From Candidatus Sulfomarinibacteraceae bacterium (lineage in GTDB: Bacteria; Acidobacteriota; Thermoanaerobaculia; Thermoanaerobaculales; Sulfomarinibacteraceae), in NCBI GenBank assembly GCA_963796455.1, contig CAWCLO010000007.1:160001-224000 (forward strand): DNA of 64,000 bases. The letters are read 5' to 3'. Position 1 is the first letter of the stretch. Each line of letters starts with the position of its first letter. Below, one piece after another: positions 37,144 to 47,053 of the stretch. The notes under the pieces were generated by a model. The model did not search any database. It saw only the letters and a list, made by a program, of their open reading frames with translations, and was not told the origin of the DNA. The position numbers were made by a program, and so were the translations under genes.

Positions 37144-38916
37144 CTACTCGACGGCCTTCAGTCTCTCGAGAAATCTCTCAGGTGGCTCGAAGCCGGTGAT
37201 CCGAAAAACTTCCTCACCCCCAGAAAAAACGATCACAGTCGGAACTCCCATGACACCGTAGTCCCTGGTCAAGGCCTGGTTCTCTTCCGTCGCGCGGGTC
37301 AGATCCACCTTGAAGCGCGAGTAATCCTCGAGCACAGCGCGGACTTCCGGTGCGGAAAAGGTCTTCTCGTCCAATTCACGGCACGGTGCACACCAGTCGG
37401 CGTAGAAATCGACAATCACAGGGCGATCACCTGCGCGCGCCGAGGAGACCGCGGCAACGTCAAAGGCCTTCCACTCGAAGTGGCCACCCGCCTCGCCGGT
37501 CTCCGACGCGCCGTGCCGGATGGCCGGAGCCATCAGCACTCCGATGACGATCATTGCTGCCGAGAGCAGACGCATGACGCGATCGATGGTCGGTTGTTCG
37601 TTTCCCGTCCGATCAATCACCAACAGATAGAAGCCGCCGATCACCAACACCGCCGACATCAACCATCCACCGGATTCTCCCGGCATCAGGGGTGCCGCAA
37701 AATATGCAGCCATCGCAATCAAGATCACACCAAAGACTCTCCTGACCCCAACCATCCACATTCCGGACGCCGGCAATTTGTTCACCGCGCCGGTAAATGT
37801 TCCGAGGATCAGATAGGGCAGGCCGAGACCCAGGGCGAGGGTGAAGAAAAGGGTGAAACCGAGGACCGGGTCACCGCGTTGACCCACATAGGTCAGCAGT
37901 CCGACCACAAAGGGGCCGATGCACGGGGCGGCGACAAATCCCATGACAAAACCCATGATCAAGGCACCGAAAACACCGGTCCTGCCACCGGAGGCCCTTT
38001 GCGCCCAACCCGGCACCCGGAGCTCCCATAGACCGAACATCGATGCCGCCAGGGCCAGCAAGACCACCACGATCAAACCAACCACCCAAGGACTCTGGAG
38101 CGCACTCCCGAAAATCGCTCCGCTCAGCGCTGCGAGTACGCCGAGAATCGAATAGGTCACCGCGATCCCGATCACATAGGCCAGCGCCAGAGGAAAGGTG
38201 CTGCCCTCGCGATTTTTGGTCTGTTGGGTGAAATAGCCGATGGTGATCGGGATGAGGGGAAAAACGCAGGGCGTCAAATTGAGGGCGAGACCGGCAAAAA
38301 AGACACCAATCAAAAGCAAAGGCAACGATTTCGAACCGAAATCCGAAGCATCGGAAGGCGTCTCACCGGTGGTCGAAGGGCCCGCAACCCCGGAAAAAAA
38401 CTTTTGGTTGGTCGATTTCGAGGCGGTCCCGTTGGCCGCAATCATCACATCGACTCCGGCGCTCACGTCTTCGGGTGGCAGACACTGAGTGTTATTGCAT
38501 GCCTGCGCAGTGACCGTTACCCGCAAGCGATGATCACCGGTTGCCGATTCGGGCACCACGAGATTCGCGAGGATCACGATTTCGTGTTCCCAGACCTGGA
38601 TCGGAGTATCGGAGAATTCGAACTCGATGGTTTCCGCGGGAGGAAAGCTGATGATCGGATCGAGCCACCCCTCCGGCAGCCCGAATTCCACCTCGGTCGG
38701 CAGCGAAAAATCGTCTCCCGGGCTGTTGGAGTTGATGTGCCAACCGGTCTCGATTTCGACCACAACCGCCAGGCGAAGCTCCTCGCCGGCTATGACCGGT
38801 TCACGATCGGGCAGAATCTGAACCGTGAAAACCGGTTCCGCCTCGAATCCCTGTGCGGCGCCTGAAATCGCCCCCGCCAAACTCAGAATTAACGCAAAAA
38901 ACAGCCTTCGTTTCAT
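37144..38916 (-). CDS. dsbD: Protein-disulfide reductase DsbD
   Basis: Signal peptide, QACNNTQCLPP, LTPCVFP, APCIGP and a WCAPC thioredoxin domain. Confidence 0.92.
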   Translation of the reverse strand: MKRRLFFALILSLAGAISGAAQGFEAEPVFTVQILPDREPVIAGEELRLAVVVEIETGWHINSNSPGDDFSLPTEVEFGLPEGWLDPIISFPPAETIEFEFSDTPIQVWEHEIVILANLVVPESATGDHRLRVTVTAQACNNTQCLPPEDVSAGVDVMIAANGTASKSTNQKFFSGVAGPSTTGETPSDASDFGSKSLPLLLIGVFFAGLALNLTPCVFPLIPITIGYFTQQTKNREGSTFPLALAYVIGIAVTYSILGVLAALSGAIFGSALQSPWVVGLIVVVLLALAASMFGLWELRVPGWAQRASGGRTGVFGALIMGFVMGFVAAPCIGPFVVGLLTYVGQRGDPVLGFTLFFTLALGLGLPYLILGTFTGAVNKLPASGMWMVGVRRVFGVILIAMAAYFAAPLMPGESGGWLMSAVLVIGGFYLLVIDRTGNEQPTIDRVMRLLSAAMIVIGVLMAPAIRHGASETGEAGGHFEWKAFDVAAVSSARAGDRPVIVDFYADWCAPCRELDEKTFSAPEVRAVLEDYSRFKVDLTRATEENQALTRDYGVMGVPTVIVFSGGEEVFRITGFEPPERFLERLKAVE

Positions 38917-38940
38917 AGTCATCCTCTTGATCACGCTCAA

Positions 38941-39699
38941 CTATTCTTGATTGTTCCCGGGATCGAGGGCCGGGTCGAAACGCCGCACGATTTCACGGAT
39001 CTCGTCCGTGTAGCGCTCCCAGTTCTCTTTGACGAGGTCCGGGCGTCTGGTTACCGACTGCTCGACGGCCCGTTCCAGCCGCCATCGCCGGATCACCTCG
39101 TGATTGCCGGAGGTTAGCACTTCCGGCACCCTTCGACCCTCGAATTCCGGCGGTCTGGTGTAACACGGGTGATCCAGGATTCCGTTGGAAAAGCTGTCAT
39201 CCGCCACCGAATCAGGGTCACCGACCACACCCGGGATCAGCCGTGCCACGGCCTCGACAACCGCCATCGCAGCCACTTCACCACCACCTAGAACATAATC
39301 TCCGATCGAGATCTCCTCCAGATCGAGGATTTCGAAAATCCGCTCGTCAAAACCCTCGTACCGTCCGCAGACCAATAACAACCGATCCTCCGCCGCCAAT
39401 TCCCGTGCCAGCTCCTGGTCGAGCACGCGCCCTCTCGGCCCGAGCGCTATCACTCGAGCGGTCGGTTGGCTCGCAGCCAGTTGACGGATGGCGTTGACCA
39501 CGGGCGGCGCCTGCAAGACCATTCCCGCGCCGCCACCGTAGGGCTCATCGTCAACCTGATTCCAACGATTGTCCGCCCATTGCCGGAGATCGTGGGCTTC
39601 GAGTTGGACGACTCCCCGTGTGACGGCCTTGCCGAGCACGCCCACCGCCCGAAATGATTCGAAGAGCTCAGGGAAGATCGTCAGAATGTCGAATTGCAT
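38941..39699 (-). CDS. trmD: tRNA (guanine-N1)-methyltransferase
   Basis: VDDEPYGGGAGM, CGRYEGFDER and SIGDYVLGGGE motifs. Confidence 0.97.
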   Translation of the reverse strand: MQFDILTIFPELFESFRAVGVLGKAVTRGVVQLEAHDLRQWADNRWNQVDDEPYGGGAGMVLQAPPVVNAIRQLAASQPTARVIALGPRGRVLDQELARELAAEDRLLLVCGRYEGFDERIFEILDLEEISIGDYVLGGGEVAAMAVVEAVARLIPGVVGDPDSVADDSFSNGILDHPCYTRPPEFEGRRVPEVLTSGNHEVIRRWRLERAVEQSVTRRPDLVKENWERYTDEIREIVRRFDPALDPGNNQE

Positions 39700-39712
39700 T
39701 GCGGTCTCCGGA

Positions 39713-39752
39713 TGGGAAGGGTCAGGGTCGAGGGGTCAAAGGTAAAGGGTTC
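39713..39752. repeat. Degenerate heptamer tract (GGGTCRA)n between rimM and trmD
   Basis: gggaagggtcagggtcgaggggtcaaaggtaaagggttc. Confidence 0.55.
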
Positions 39753-39822
39753 GCAGATTCAGATTGCCCGGGGTGGCAGCCATGTCGGGAAGGGCGACTG
39801 TCGAAGCCATCGGCGACTTCGG

Positions 39823-40380
39823 TCAGCGTGCCTCGATGGCGTCATCGTCAAGCAGCCCGGCGGGTGCATCGATGATCACGAATCCACCGTCGAGATCGAC
39901 CTCGGACACGATCTCCGGAACATACGGCACCAACCACTCGCGATCGAGGTTTCGAACCACCAACCTGGATTGTCCGTCGCCGAGGTCCATTCCACTGACC
40001 TGCCCCAACACGTCACCTTCAGGGGACCTGCATTCGAGCCCTACAAGGTGGTGCTCGTAATAGTAGCCTTCTGGGAGTTCATCCAGGCTTTGTTCGGGCA
40101 AAAAGAGAAACTCACCGGTCCAACCCTCGATGACGGTGCGATCACGGATGCCACGCACCGAGAGCAACCACCGCCCCTTGTGATACCGCACCCGGTGGGC
40201 GTGATGAAATTCCCGCGGTCCCGAATCGTCGCCGACACCGAACTCGATGCCATCAATCAACCGTTCCGGAAAATCGGTAATGATCTCCACCAGAATGTCG
40301 CCATGGATACCGTGCGGTTTGCCCGCCCGGCCGACGATCAACCACTCGCGCGGCTTCGATTCGGTGCCAGAGTCGGGCAC
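39823..40380 (-). CDS. rimM: Ribosome maturation factor RimM
   Basis: VGRAGKPHGIHG, LPEGYYYEHHLVG and LVPYV motifs. Confidence 0.93.
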   Translation of the reverse strand: MPDSGTESKPREWLIVGRAGKPHGIHGDILVEIITDFPERLIDGIEFGVGDDSGPREFHHAHRVRYHKGRWLLSVRGIRDRTVIEGWTGEFLFLPEQSLDELPEGYYYEHHLVGLECRSPEGDVLGQVSGMDLGDGQSRLVVRNLDREWLVPYVPEIVSEVDLDGGFVIIDAPAGLLDDDAIEAR

Positions 40381-40382
40381 TG

Positions 40383-40622
40383 CTACTCGAGGATTTCGAG
40401 CACGAAACGTTTCTGAACCTTCATGCCCGCCGCAGCGAGCAATGTGCGAATCGCTCGTGCGGTTCGCCCCTGGCGGCCGATCACCTTACCAAGATCTTCA
40501 GTGCGGACGCGCAGTTCGAGAACCGTGGTCTGTTCACCCTCGACCTCTGTCACCGACACATCCTCAGGATTGTCAACCAGCGCTTTCGCGATCTCTTCCA
40601 GCAGGTCTTTCATCGCGCTCAT
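40383..40622 (-). CDS. khpA: KH domain RNA-binding protein
   Basis: [20 protein letters not shown]; lies between rpsP and rimM. Confidence 0.93.
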   Translation of the reverse strand: MSAMKDLLEEIAKALVDNPEDVSVTEVEGEQTTVLELRVRTEDLGKVIGRQGRTARAIRTLLAAAGMKVQKRFVLEILE

Positions 40623-40679
40623 TGGAGCTCCTTTCGTGAAGGGTCCGCTGGCTCGGAGCTCGATCGCCCCGAGCGTCGG

Positions 40680-40922
40680 TCACTGCTGTGTTTCGGCTTT
40701 ACGGATCAGAGATCGGACTGTTTCAGAAACTCCCGCACCTTTGCCTCGCCACTCCTGGATCTTCTCGAGATCGAGACGGATCTCCGGGGGCTCGATGGTC
40801 GGGTTATAAAAACCCACCTGTTCAAGATAGTCGGCCTGCGTATCCTTACGCGAGTCCGACACCACCACACGGTAGACGGGGCTGTGCTTCGCACCACCTC
40901 GCCGAAGTCTGATCATCAACAC
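40680..40922 (-). CDS. rpsP: 30S ribosomal protein S16
   Basis: IRLRRGG...PVYRVVVSDSR...EQVGFYNP. Confidence 0.96.
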   Translation of the reverse strand: MLMIRLRRGGAKHSPVYRVVVSDSRKDTQADYLEQVGFYNPTIEPPEIRLDLEKIQEWRGKGAGVSETVRSLIRKAETQQ

Positions 40923-40960
40923 AAATCCTCCTCGAACAACCCCTGAGGTCGCTCTTTCTT

Positions 40961-42295
40961 TCAGCCGATTCCTAGTTGTCGTTTCAACGTTCGAGAGTCG
41001 GCTTTCCCCAAACGCTTCATGAGCTTACGCATCTGTCCGTATTGGCGCAAGAGGCGATTAATTTCCTCGACGCTCGTTCCGGAGCCTTTTGCGATCCTTT
41101 TCTTCCGCGAACCGTTCAAAAGCTGCGGGTGGCGACGCTCTTTCGGCGTCATCGAATCAATACACGCTTCCATCCGCTTGAGTTGTCTTTCTTGTCCTTC
41201 GCCGATGCCGCCTTCCGGAAGCATCTTTCCCATTCCGGGAACCATTTCCATCACCGATTGCAGGGGACCCATCTTTTTCAGGCTGCTGAGCTGATCTCGG
41301 AGATCTTCGAGGTCGAACTTGTTTTTTCTGAGCTTTGCCTCGAGTCGCCGCGCTTTCTTCTCGTCGATGGCATCCTGTGCCTTCTCAACAAGGGTGAGCA
41401 CATCACCCATTCCCAGGATCCGGCCGGCCATACGATCGGGGTGAAATTGCTCCAGGTTTTCAATCTGTTCGCCGATTCCCGCAAAGACAATCGGTTTTCC
41501 GACGACCTCGCGAACCGAAAGGGCGGCCCCGCCACGGGCGTCACCGTCGAGCTTTGTGAGAATCACCCCCGTGATCTCGAGTTGCTCATGGAACGCGCGA
41601 GCCGAACGCACCGCGTCCTGACCGGTCATCGAGTCGGCAACAAAGAGAATCTGTTTCGGGTTGAGGATCTTTTTGAGGCGCTGCAACTGATCCATCAACT
41701 GATCGTCGATGTGAAGCCGGCCGGCAGTGTCGAATATGAGGACCTGGTAGCCCTTGATCGAAGCCTCTCGAAGTGCGCGTTTTGCGATCTCCTCCGGATC
41801 GTCCATATCGCGTGAGTCGATGGTCGGGATCTGGGCCTTCTCCCCCAGGACAAGAAGCTGCTCGCGCGCAGCAGGCCTCGAAGTATCGGCCGGGACCAAC
41901 AGCGGAAAGAGATTCTTCTTGTCTTTGATCCAGCGTGCCATCTTGGCCGCGGTCGTCGTTTTTCCCGAGCCCTGCAAACCGACCAACATGATCACGGCCG
42001 GCCGGCCTTTGAACTGCAGTTCGGTGGTTTCGCCACCGAGAAGAGCAACCAGCTCCTCATGAACGATCTTGGTCACCATCTGGGCCGGTGTGACCGAGTC
42101 GAGAACCTCTTTGCCGACGGCACGTTCCCGGACCCTGTCGACAAACCCTGAAACGACCTCGACACTGACATCGGCTTCAAGCAGAGCGAGTCGGATCTCG
42201 CGCAGCGCCGTGTCGATGTGGTACTCGGTCAGATGCCCCTCTCCACGGAGGGTCTTCGTGACTCGAGCCATACGTTCTTGCAGGCCTTCCAACAT
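40961..42295 (-). CDS. ffh: Signal recognition particle protein
   Basis: GLQGSGKTTT, DTAGRL, TKLDGDARGG motifs and an M domain. Confidence 0.97.
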   Translation of the reverse strand: MLEGLQERMARVTKTLRGEGHLTEYHIDTALREIRLALLEADVSVEVVSGFVDRVRERAVGKEVLDSVTPAQMVTKIVHEELVALLGGETTELQFKGRPAVIMLVGLQGSGKTTTAAKMARWIKDKKNLFPLLVPADTSRPAAREQLLVLGEKAQIPTIDSRDMDDPEEIAKRALREASIKGYQVLIFDTAGRLHIDDQLMDQLQRLKKILNPKQILFVADSMTGQDAVRSARAFHEQLEITGVILTKLDGDARGGAALSVREVVGKPIVFAGIGEQIENLEQFHPDRMAGRILGMGDVLTLVEKAQDAIDEKKARRLEAKLRKNKFDLEDLRDQLSSLKKMGPLQSVMEMVPGMGKMLPEGGIGEGQERQLKRMEACIDSMTPKERRHPQLLNGSRKKRIAKGSGTSVEEINRLLRQYGQMRKLMKRLGKADSRTLKRQLGIG

Positions 42296-42397
42296 AAGAG
42301 CGGCAGTCTAAGACAGTGCCCTGGTGAGGTCAAGTGTCGAGTCTCAAAGCGTTAACGAAAGAGATAAGAGGTTTCACTCATATACAATTGAGTCGAG

Positions 42398-43309
42398 ATG
42401 GGCGCCGATCTTTCAGTGGTTCTCGATGCCCGTTGTCCGGAAGCAGACGATCCCGCGGTGAACGATTTTCTCCACCTCGCTGGAATGCTCTGTGACGCAC
42501 AATGGGTCAAGCTCACCCTGACTCCGGTCGGGGTGGGTGGATGGCGAAGTTATGTTCGCGGCAACCAGACGGAAAAAACAGCGGTTCATACGCTCGACGC
42601 GGGTAACGAGTTCACGGCGTCAATCGAGACAGAATCCAAGAAACCGCCCTCGAGGGCGGCCGTTTCCGCCCTCGAAGCAAGTCTCCAACAAATTCTTCAA
42701 AATCAAAGACTTCGGATCGAGTCGGCTCTATTCCGAGGAGTGATCAATACCTCATCGAGCGCGGCCCTTGTCTTTGGCGGTGAAGGAGAAATCATTTTCG
42801 CCAATCCCCCGGCCGATCGGCTGTTGTCCTTGCAGACCGAGGACGAACTCATGGCCGAGACCAAGGGTGAGCCCACACAACCTCTTTTTACTCTGCTGTG
42901 TTGTCTCGTCGACCGGGTCCGCGATCCGTCGAACGAAGATACGGTCTGGAACGGAACCCTGTATCTGGCCGACGGGCGATTCATGAATTGTGAGGTTTCG
43001 AAGATCCACCTTCCCACCGACTTCGGCACAGGTGCGGTCCTGGTGATCGTTCGATCCGTGGGCTCAGGGTCGAAAGCCCGGGTCGAGAGTTTTGCAAACC
43101 GCCACGACCTGAGCCCGCGGCAACGTGAGGTCGTACAACTTTTGGTCGAGGGACTGACGACGGTTGCGATGGCCGACGCCCTCGGCATCAGCACCCACAC
43201 GGTCAGAGATCACCTGAAACACCTGTACCGTAAGACAGGGAGCAACTCGCGGGGCGAGCTGCTCGGTCTGGTTTCCCGCACGGCACCGGCGAAGGCGAGC
43301 GTCGGCTGA
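42398..43309 (+). CDS. LuxR-type HTH transcriptional regulator with PAS-like domain
   Basis: LSPRQREVV...GISTHTVRDHLKHLYRK; IIFANPPA. Confidence 0.88.
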   Translation: MGADLSVVLDARCPEADDPAVNDFLHLAGMLCDAQWVKLTLTPVGVGGWRSYVRGNQTEKTAVHTLDAGNEFTASIETESKKPPSRAAVSALEASLQQILQNQRLRIESALFRGVINTSSSAALVFGGEGEIIFANPPADRLLSLQTEDELMAETKGEPTQPLFTLLCCLVDRVRDPSNEDTVWNGTLYLADGRFMNCEVSKIHLPTDFGTGAVLVIVRSVGSGSKARVESFANRHDLSPRQREVVQLLVEGLTTVAMADALGISTHTVRDHLKHLYRKTGSNSRGELLGLVSRTAPAKASVG

Positions 43310-43432
43310 CGCCAGGTACCGACCAGATGAATTCTCAATCTATGGAACTCAAAAGTTTGAATCCGGATTTTGGAATCTCCCGATTGCCCCTTCGGTATAA
43401 TGGATGGAGATCGTTCGCTGGAGGTCATAACC

Positions 43433-44197
43433 ATGTCTAAATTTCGCATTTTCGGCCTGGTAGCTGTTGCGCTACTGGTCGTAGTCATGATGGCCAGCGC
43501 CGAGGGATACGTGGTGATCCTCAAAAGCGGGCACAAGATCCGCTGCAAAGAACCAATGAGAATCGAAGGCGACAGAGCGATTCTCACCATGAGCACCGGC
43601 ACCGTGACAAGCTATCCACTCCAGTACATCAACGTGGTTGAAACGGAGCGATACAACCAGCTGGGGCTCGGCGACGCGGTGATGATCGACGAACTCTCGG
43701 TCAACAGGGAGGCACTGCCGACACCAACACCACGAGCGGCACTCGGCTCGATCACGGAAATCGACGCCGGTCATGCCGGCCCAGCACCCCAGCTCTCGAA
43801 CACCACACCGCCAACCCCTACTCCAACACCGGGTATCGAACTGCAACAGGCGAAGTACCACGACGAACGGGTCGACGATGCCTTTTCCAAGATCTTCGAT
43901 GACAAAGAGCTCCTGATCTACAAGACCAGCCAGGGAACGAAACCGGAGTATTTCTTCGTGCAGACGACAACCGATTCGGAGAAAGAGGTCTTCAAAGCTC
44001 TCGAAATCGTCTCCCAGGCCTACGTGATGATTGAAGAACTTCACAAGGACATTTCCCCCGAGGCGGTGGAAATCAAGATGCTTCAGACCTCCGGCAAACC
44101 GGCCGGCACCTTCCGGCTGACGCCGGACCTCGCTCGCGAACTGGTGACGGGTGACACGCCGACCCAGAGCTTCTACATCAAGAACGTGATCTTCTGA
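43433..44197 (+). CDS. Hypothetical exported protein with Pro/Thr-rich linkers
   Basis: ATG after GGAGG, signal peptide ending ASA, and PTPTP tracts. Confidence 0.8.
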   Translation: MSKFRIFGLVAVALLVVVMMASAEGYVVILKSGHKIRCKEPMRIEGDRAILTMSTGTVTSYPLQYINVVETERYNQLGLGDAVMIDELSVNREALPTPTPRAALGSITEIDAGHAGPAPQLSNTTPPTPTPTPGIELQQAKYHDERVDDAFSKIFDDKELLIYKTSQGTKPEYFFVQTTTDSEKEVFKALEIVSQAYVMIEELHKDISPEAVEIKMLQTSGKPAGTFRLTPDLARELVTGDTPTQSFYIKNVIF

Positions 44198-44309
44198 GAT
44201 TTCGCGCGGTTTTGGTCTCGCATCGTGGATATTCGACAACCCCGAATCTCAGGGGATCGACCGCACAACGAGGATGGAGAATTGCCGCTGCACCAGATCG
44301 TATTGAATC

Positions 44310-45641
44310 ATGGTTGATGTCGCCATCGTCGGCGCAGGCCTCACGGGTCTGACCACTGCGCTTCGGCTGACCGGGGCCGGATACAGCGTCAGAGTCTTCG
44401 AGCGTTATCCACGCCCCGGAGGACTCGCCCGGGTTCTCGAAATCGGCGGCGAAGAGATCGAGGCCTTCTACCACCATCTCTTCACCAGCGACACAGCCTA
44501 TATCGACCTGGCCAAGGAACTCGGGGTTGATCACCTGATTGAATGGCTGCCGTCGAAGATGGGCATCTGGACCGAGAATCGTTTGTGGGACTTCGGTACC
44601 CCGATCTCTTTGCTGCGCTTCAGGCCTCTCCGATTGTTTGACAAATTCCGCTTCGCTCTCTCGACCCTTCTTCTGCAGCGGACAAAAGACTATTCGCCCT
44701 TCGAAGACATCACTGCCAAGGATTGGATTCGAAAACATCAGGGCGAGCGGGTCTGGCGGTCGGTGTGGGGCCCTCTGCTCGACCAGAAGTTTGCGGAGGA
44801 CGCCGACAAGGTTGCCATGGTCTGGCTATGGGGCAAACTCTGCCTGCGCGGGACATCACGCTCCGAGTCCGGGTTGGGCGAACGCCTGGGCTACATGCGG
44901 GGGTCCTTCGCCGCCTTTGTCCGGGCCCTCGAAGGGCGGCTCGCCGAGCGTGGTGTCACCCTCCACCTGAGCGACGCGGTGAAGAAGATCGAAAAAGACG
45001 GCGACGGCTTTCGGCTCAGTTCGCGTGACGGCTCGTGGACGGCGAAACGGGTGGTCGTGGCGGCATCGGTGCCCGACTTTCTCGAAACTGCGGGGGATCT
45101 GCTGACCGATTCAGAACGGGGCAACCTCTCGCAGCTCCGGGCTACCGGCGCCATTTGCACGATCCTCGAGCTCGAACACTCGCTGACACCCTATTACTGG
45201 CTCAACATCGCAGATTCCGAGATGCCATTCGGTGGTCTCATCGAACACACCAACTACATACCTCGCGACAGATATGACGGCCGCCATATCGTGTATGTGT
45301 CCAACTATCTGTTCCCGGACCACCCGCTCTACCGGGCTCCGAAAAAACAGGTGATCGAGACCTACCTGCCGGCGTTGACTCGCATCAACCCCTCCTTCGA
45401 GCGGTCCTGGATCAAGGCCTCCCACCATTTCCGGGCCGACTACGCTCAACCGGTCGTAACGGTCGGTTACAGCGGCAAGATCCCATCGTTCAGATCGTCG
45501 GTCCCTGGTCTCTACCAATGTTCGATGGCGCAGATTTTTCCCGAGGACCGCGGCCAGAATTATGCCGTCGCCTACGCCGAAAAGGTCGCCCGAGTGGTGA
45601 TCGAGGATCTTCGTGCAGCAGGGTCTGGCAAGGACACCTGA
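44310..45641 (+). CDS. NAD(P)/FAD-dependent oxidoreductase (amine oxidase / protoporphyrinogen oxidase-like)
   Basis: VGAGLTGL, FYHHLFTSD and PEDRGQNY motifs. Confidence 0.88.
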   Translation: MVDVAIVGAGLTGLTTALRLTGAGYSVRVFERYPRPGGLARVLEIGGEEIEAFYHHLFTSDTAYIDLAKELGVDHLIEWLPSKMGIWTENRLWDFGTPISLLRFRPLRLFDKFRFALSTLLLQRTKDYSPFEDITAKDWIRKHQGERVWRSVWGPLLDQKFAEDADKVAMVWLWGKLCLRGTSRSESGLGERLGYMRGSFAAFVRALEGRLAERGVTLHLSDAVKKIEKDGDGFRLSSRDGSWTAKRVVVAASVPDFLETAGDLLTDSERGNLSQLRATGAICTILELEHSLTPYYWLNIADSEMPFGGLIEHTNYIPRDRYDGRHIVYVSNYLFPDHPLYRAPKKQVIETYLPALTRINPSFERSWIKASHHFRADYAQPVVTVGYSGKIPSFRSSVPGLYQCSMAQIFPEDRGQNYAVAYAEKVARVVIEDLRAAGSGKDT

Positions 45642-45769
45642 CCGGCGTCGTGCAACCAGCGAGCCGCTTCGAATGACGGGGCTCGCCAATGGTGTAGTAT
45701 TGAGCCGCCCGCTTGAGCGGCCGGGCAAGAACGGCCGAGGGCAGAGCACGAGCATGGAGGCACGACTCG

Positions 45770-46096
45770 ATGGCAGCTAATGCAGTGGAAATCACAGACG
45801 CGAATTTTGATGAAATGGTCCTCAACGCCGGCAAACCGGTCCTGGTGGATTTCTGGGCGGTGTGGTGCGGCCCGTGCCGCGTCATCGGTCCGATAGTTGA
45901 AGAGATCGCCGAGGAATACGGCGACAAAGTGATTGTCGGCAAGCTCGATGTCGATTCGAATCGGGAAACCGCCGTCAAATTCGGTATTCAGGCGATTCCA
46001 ACCGTTCTACTCGTCAACAACGGTGAAGTCGCCGATCGGATCGTCGGCGTCACCGACAAGGCCAGTCTGGCGGCGAAGCTGGATAGCTTGCTGTAG
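45770..46096 (+). CDS. trxA: Thioredoxin
   Basis: VDFWAVWCGPC and IQAIPT motifs. Confidence 0.96.
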   Translation: MAANAVEITDANFDEMVLNAGKPVLVDFWAVWCGPCRVIGPIVEEIAEEYGDKVIVGKLDVDSNRETAVKFGIQAIPTVLLVNNGEVADRIVGVTDKASLAAKLDSLL

Positions 46097-46196
46097 CACG
46101 TGTGACGCGGTCACGAGCAATTGATTGGGAATCTCTGCCCGCGGCGATGCTGCGGGCCGTGGTGATGTCGCGTGGCTGCCTCCGCCTGGGGATGAG

Positions 46197-47051
46197 ATGA
46201 TTCGCACTGTCGGTATTGTCGGCGCCGGTCAAATGGGAGCCGGAATCGCCCTCGTGGCGGCTCGGTCCGGCTGTGAAGTCGTGCTCACGGACATCGACGA
46301 ATCGATATTGGGAAACGGGCTCGAAACCATCGCCAACCATCTCGACAGGCAGATCAGCAAGGGCCTGATCGATTCCGCGGACAAGACGCAGACCCTCGAA
46401 AGAATTTCCACCAGCGCTCATGTCGATCGCCACAGCGGCGCCGATCTGGTCATCGAGTCGGCAGTGGAATCCCTCGACATCAAAGCGGAGATTTTTCGCC
46501 AGCTCGATCGTCTGTGCCCGGCGCAGGCCATTCTTGCCTCCAACACCTCTTCGATTTCGATCACCCGGCTTGCGGCGGTCACCGGTCGTCCCGGTCAGGT
46601 CATCGGGATGCATTTCATGAATCCGGTACAGGTCATGCGCCTGGTGGAGGTTGTCAGAGGCCTCGAGACCTCTGATCAGACGGTGGCGACGATTCGCGAC
46701 CTCGCCGAACGAATGGGAAAGGTCCCCGTCGAATGCAACGACCAGCCCGGTTTCATCTCCAACCGGTTGCTGATGCCGATGATCAACGAGGCCGTTTTCG
46801 CCGTCGCCGAACAGATAGCTACCGCAGAAGCCATCGACCAGATCATGACCCTTGGCATGAACCATCCCATGGGACCGCTGCGAACCGCCGATCTCCTTGG
46901 CCTCGATAACTGTCTGAGTGTGATGCGCATCCTCCATCAAGAGCTCGGAGAGGACAAATTCCGTCCCTGCCCGCTGTTGGTCAAGATGGTCGACGCCGGG
47001 CGGCTCGGACAAAAGTCAGGGCGGGGTTTCTTCATCTACGGCGAGGACTGA
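46197..47051 (+). CDS. hbd: 3-hydroxybutyryl-CoA dehydrogenase (second paralog)
   Basis: GAGQMGAGI, ASNTSSISIT, GMHFMNPV and NHPMGPL motifs. Confidence 0.93.
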   Translation: MIRTVGIVGAGQMGAGIALVAARSGCEVVLTDIDESILGNGLETIANHLDRQISKGLIDSADKTQTLERISTSAHVDRHSGADLVIESAVESLDIKAEIFRQLDRLCPAQAILASNTSSISITRLAAVTGRPGQVIGMHFMNPVQVMRLVEVVRGLETSDQTVATIRDLAERMGKVPVECNDQPGFISNRLLMPMINEAVFAVAEQIATAEAIDQIMTLGMNHPMGPLRTADLLGLDNCLSVMRILHQELGEDKFRPCPLLVKMVDAGRLGQKSGRGFFIYGED

Positions 47052-47053
47052 CG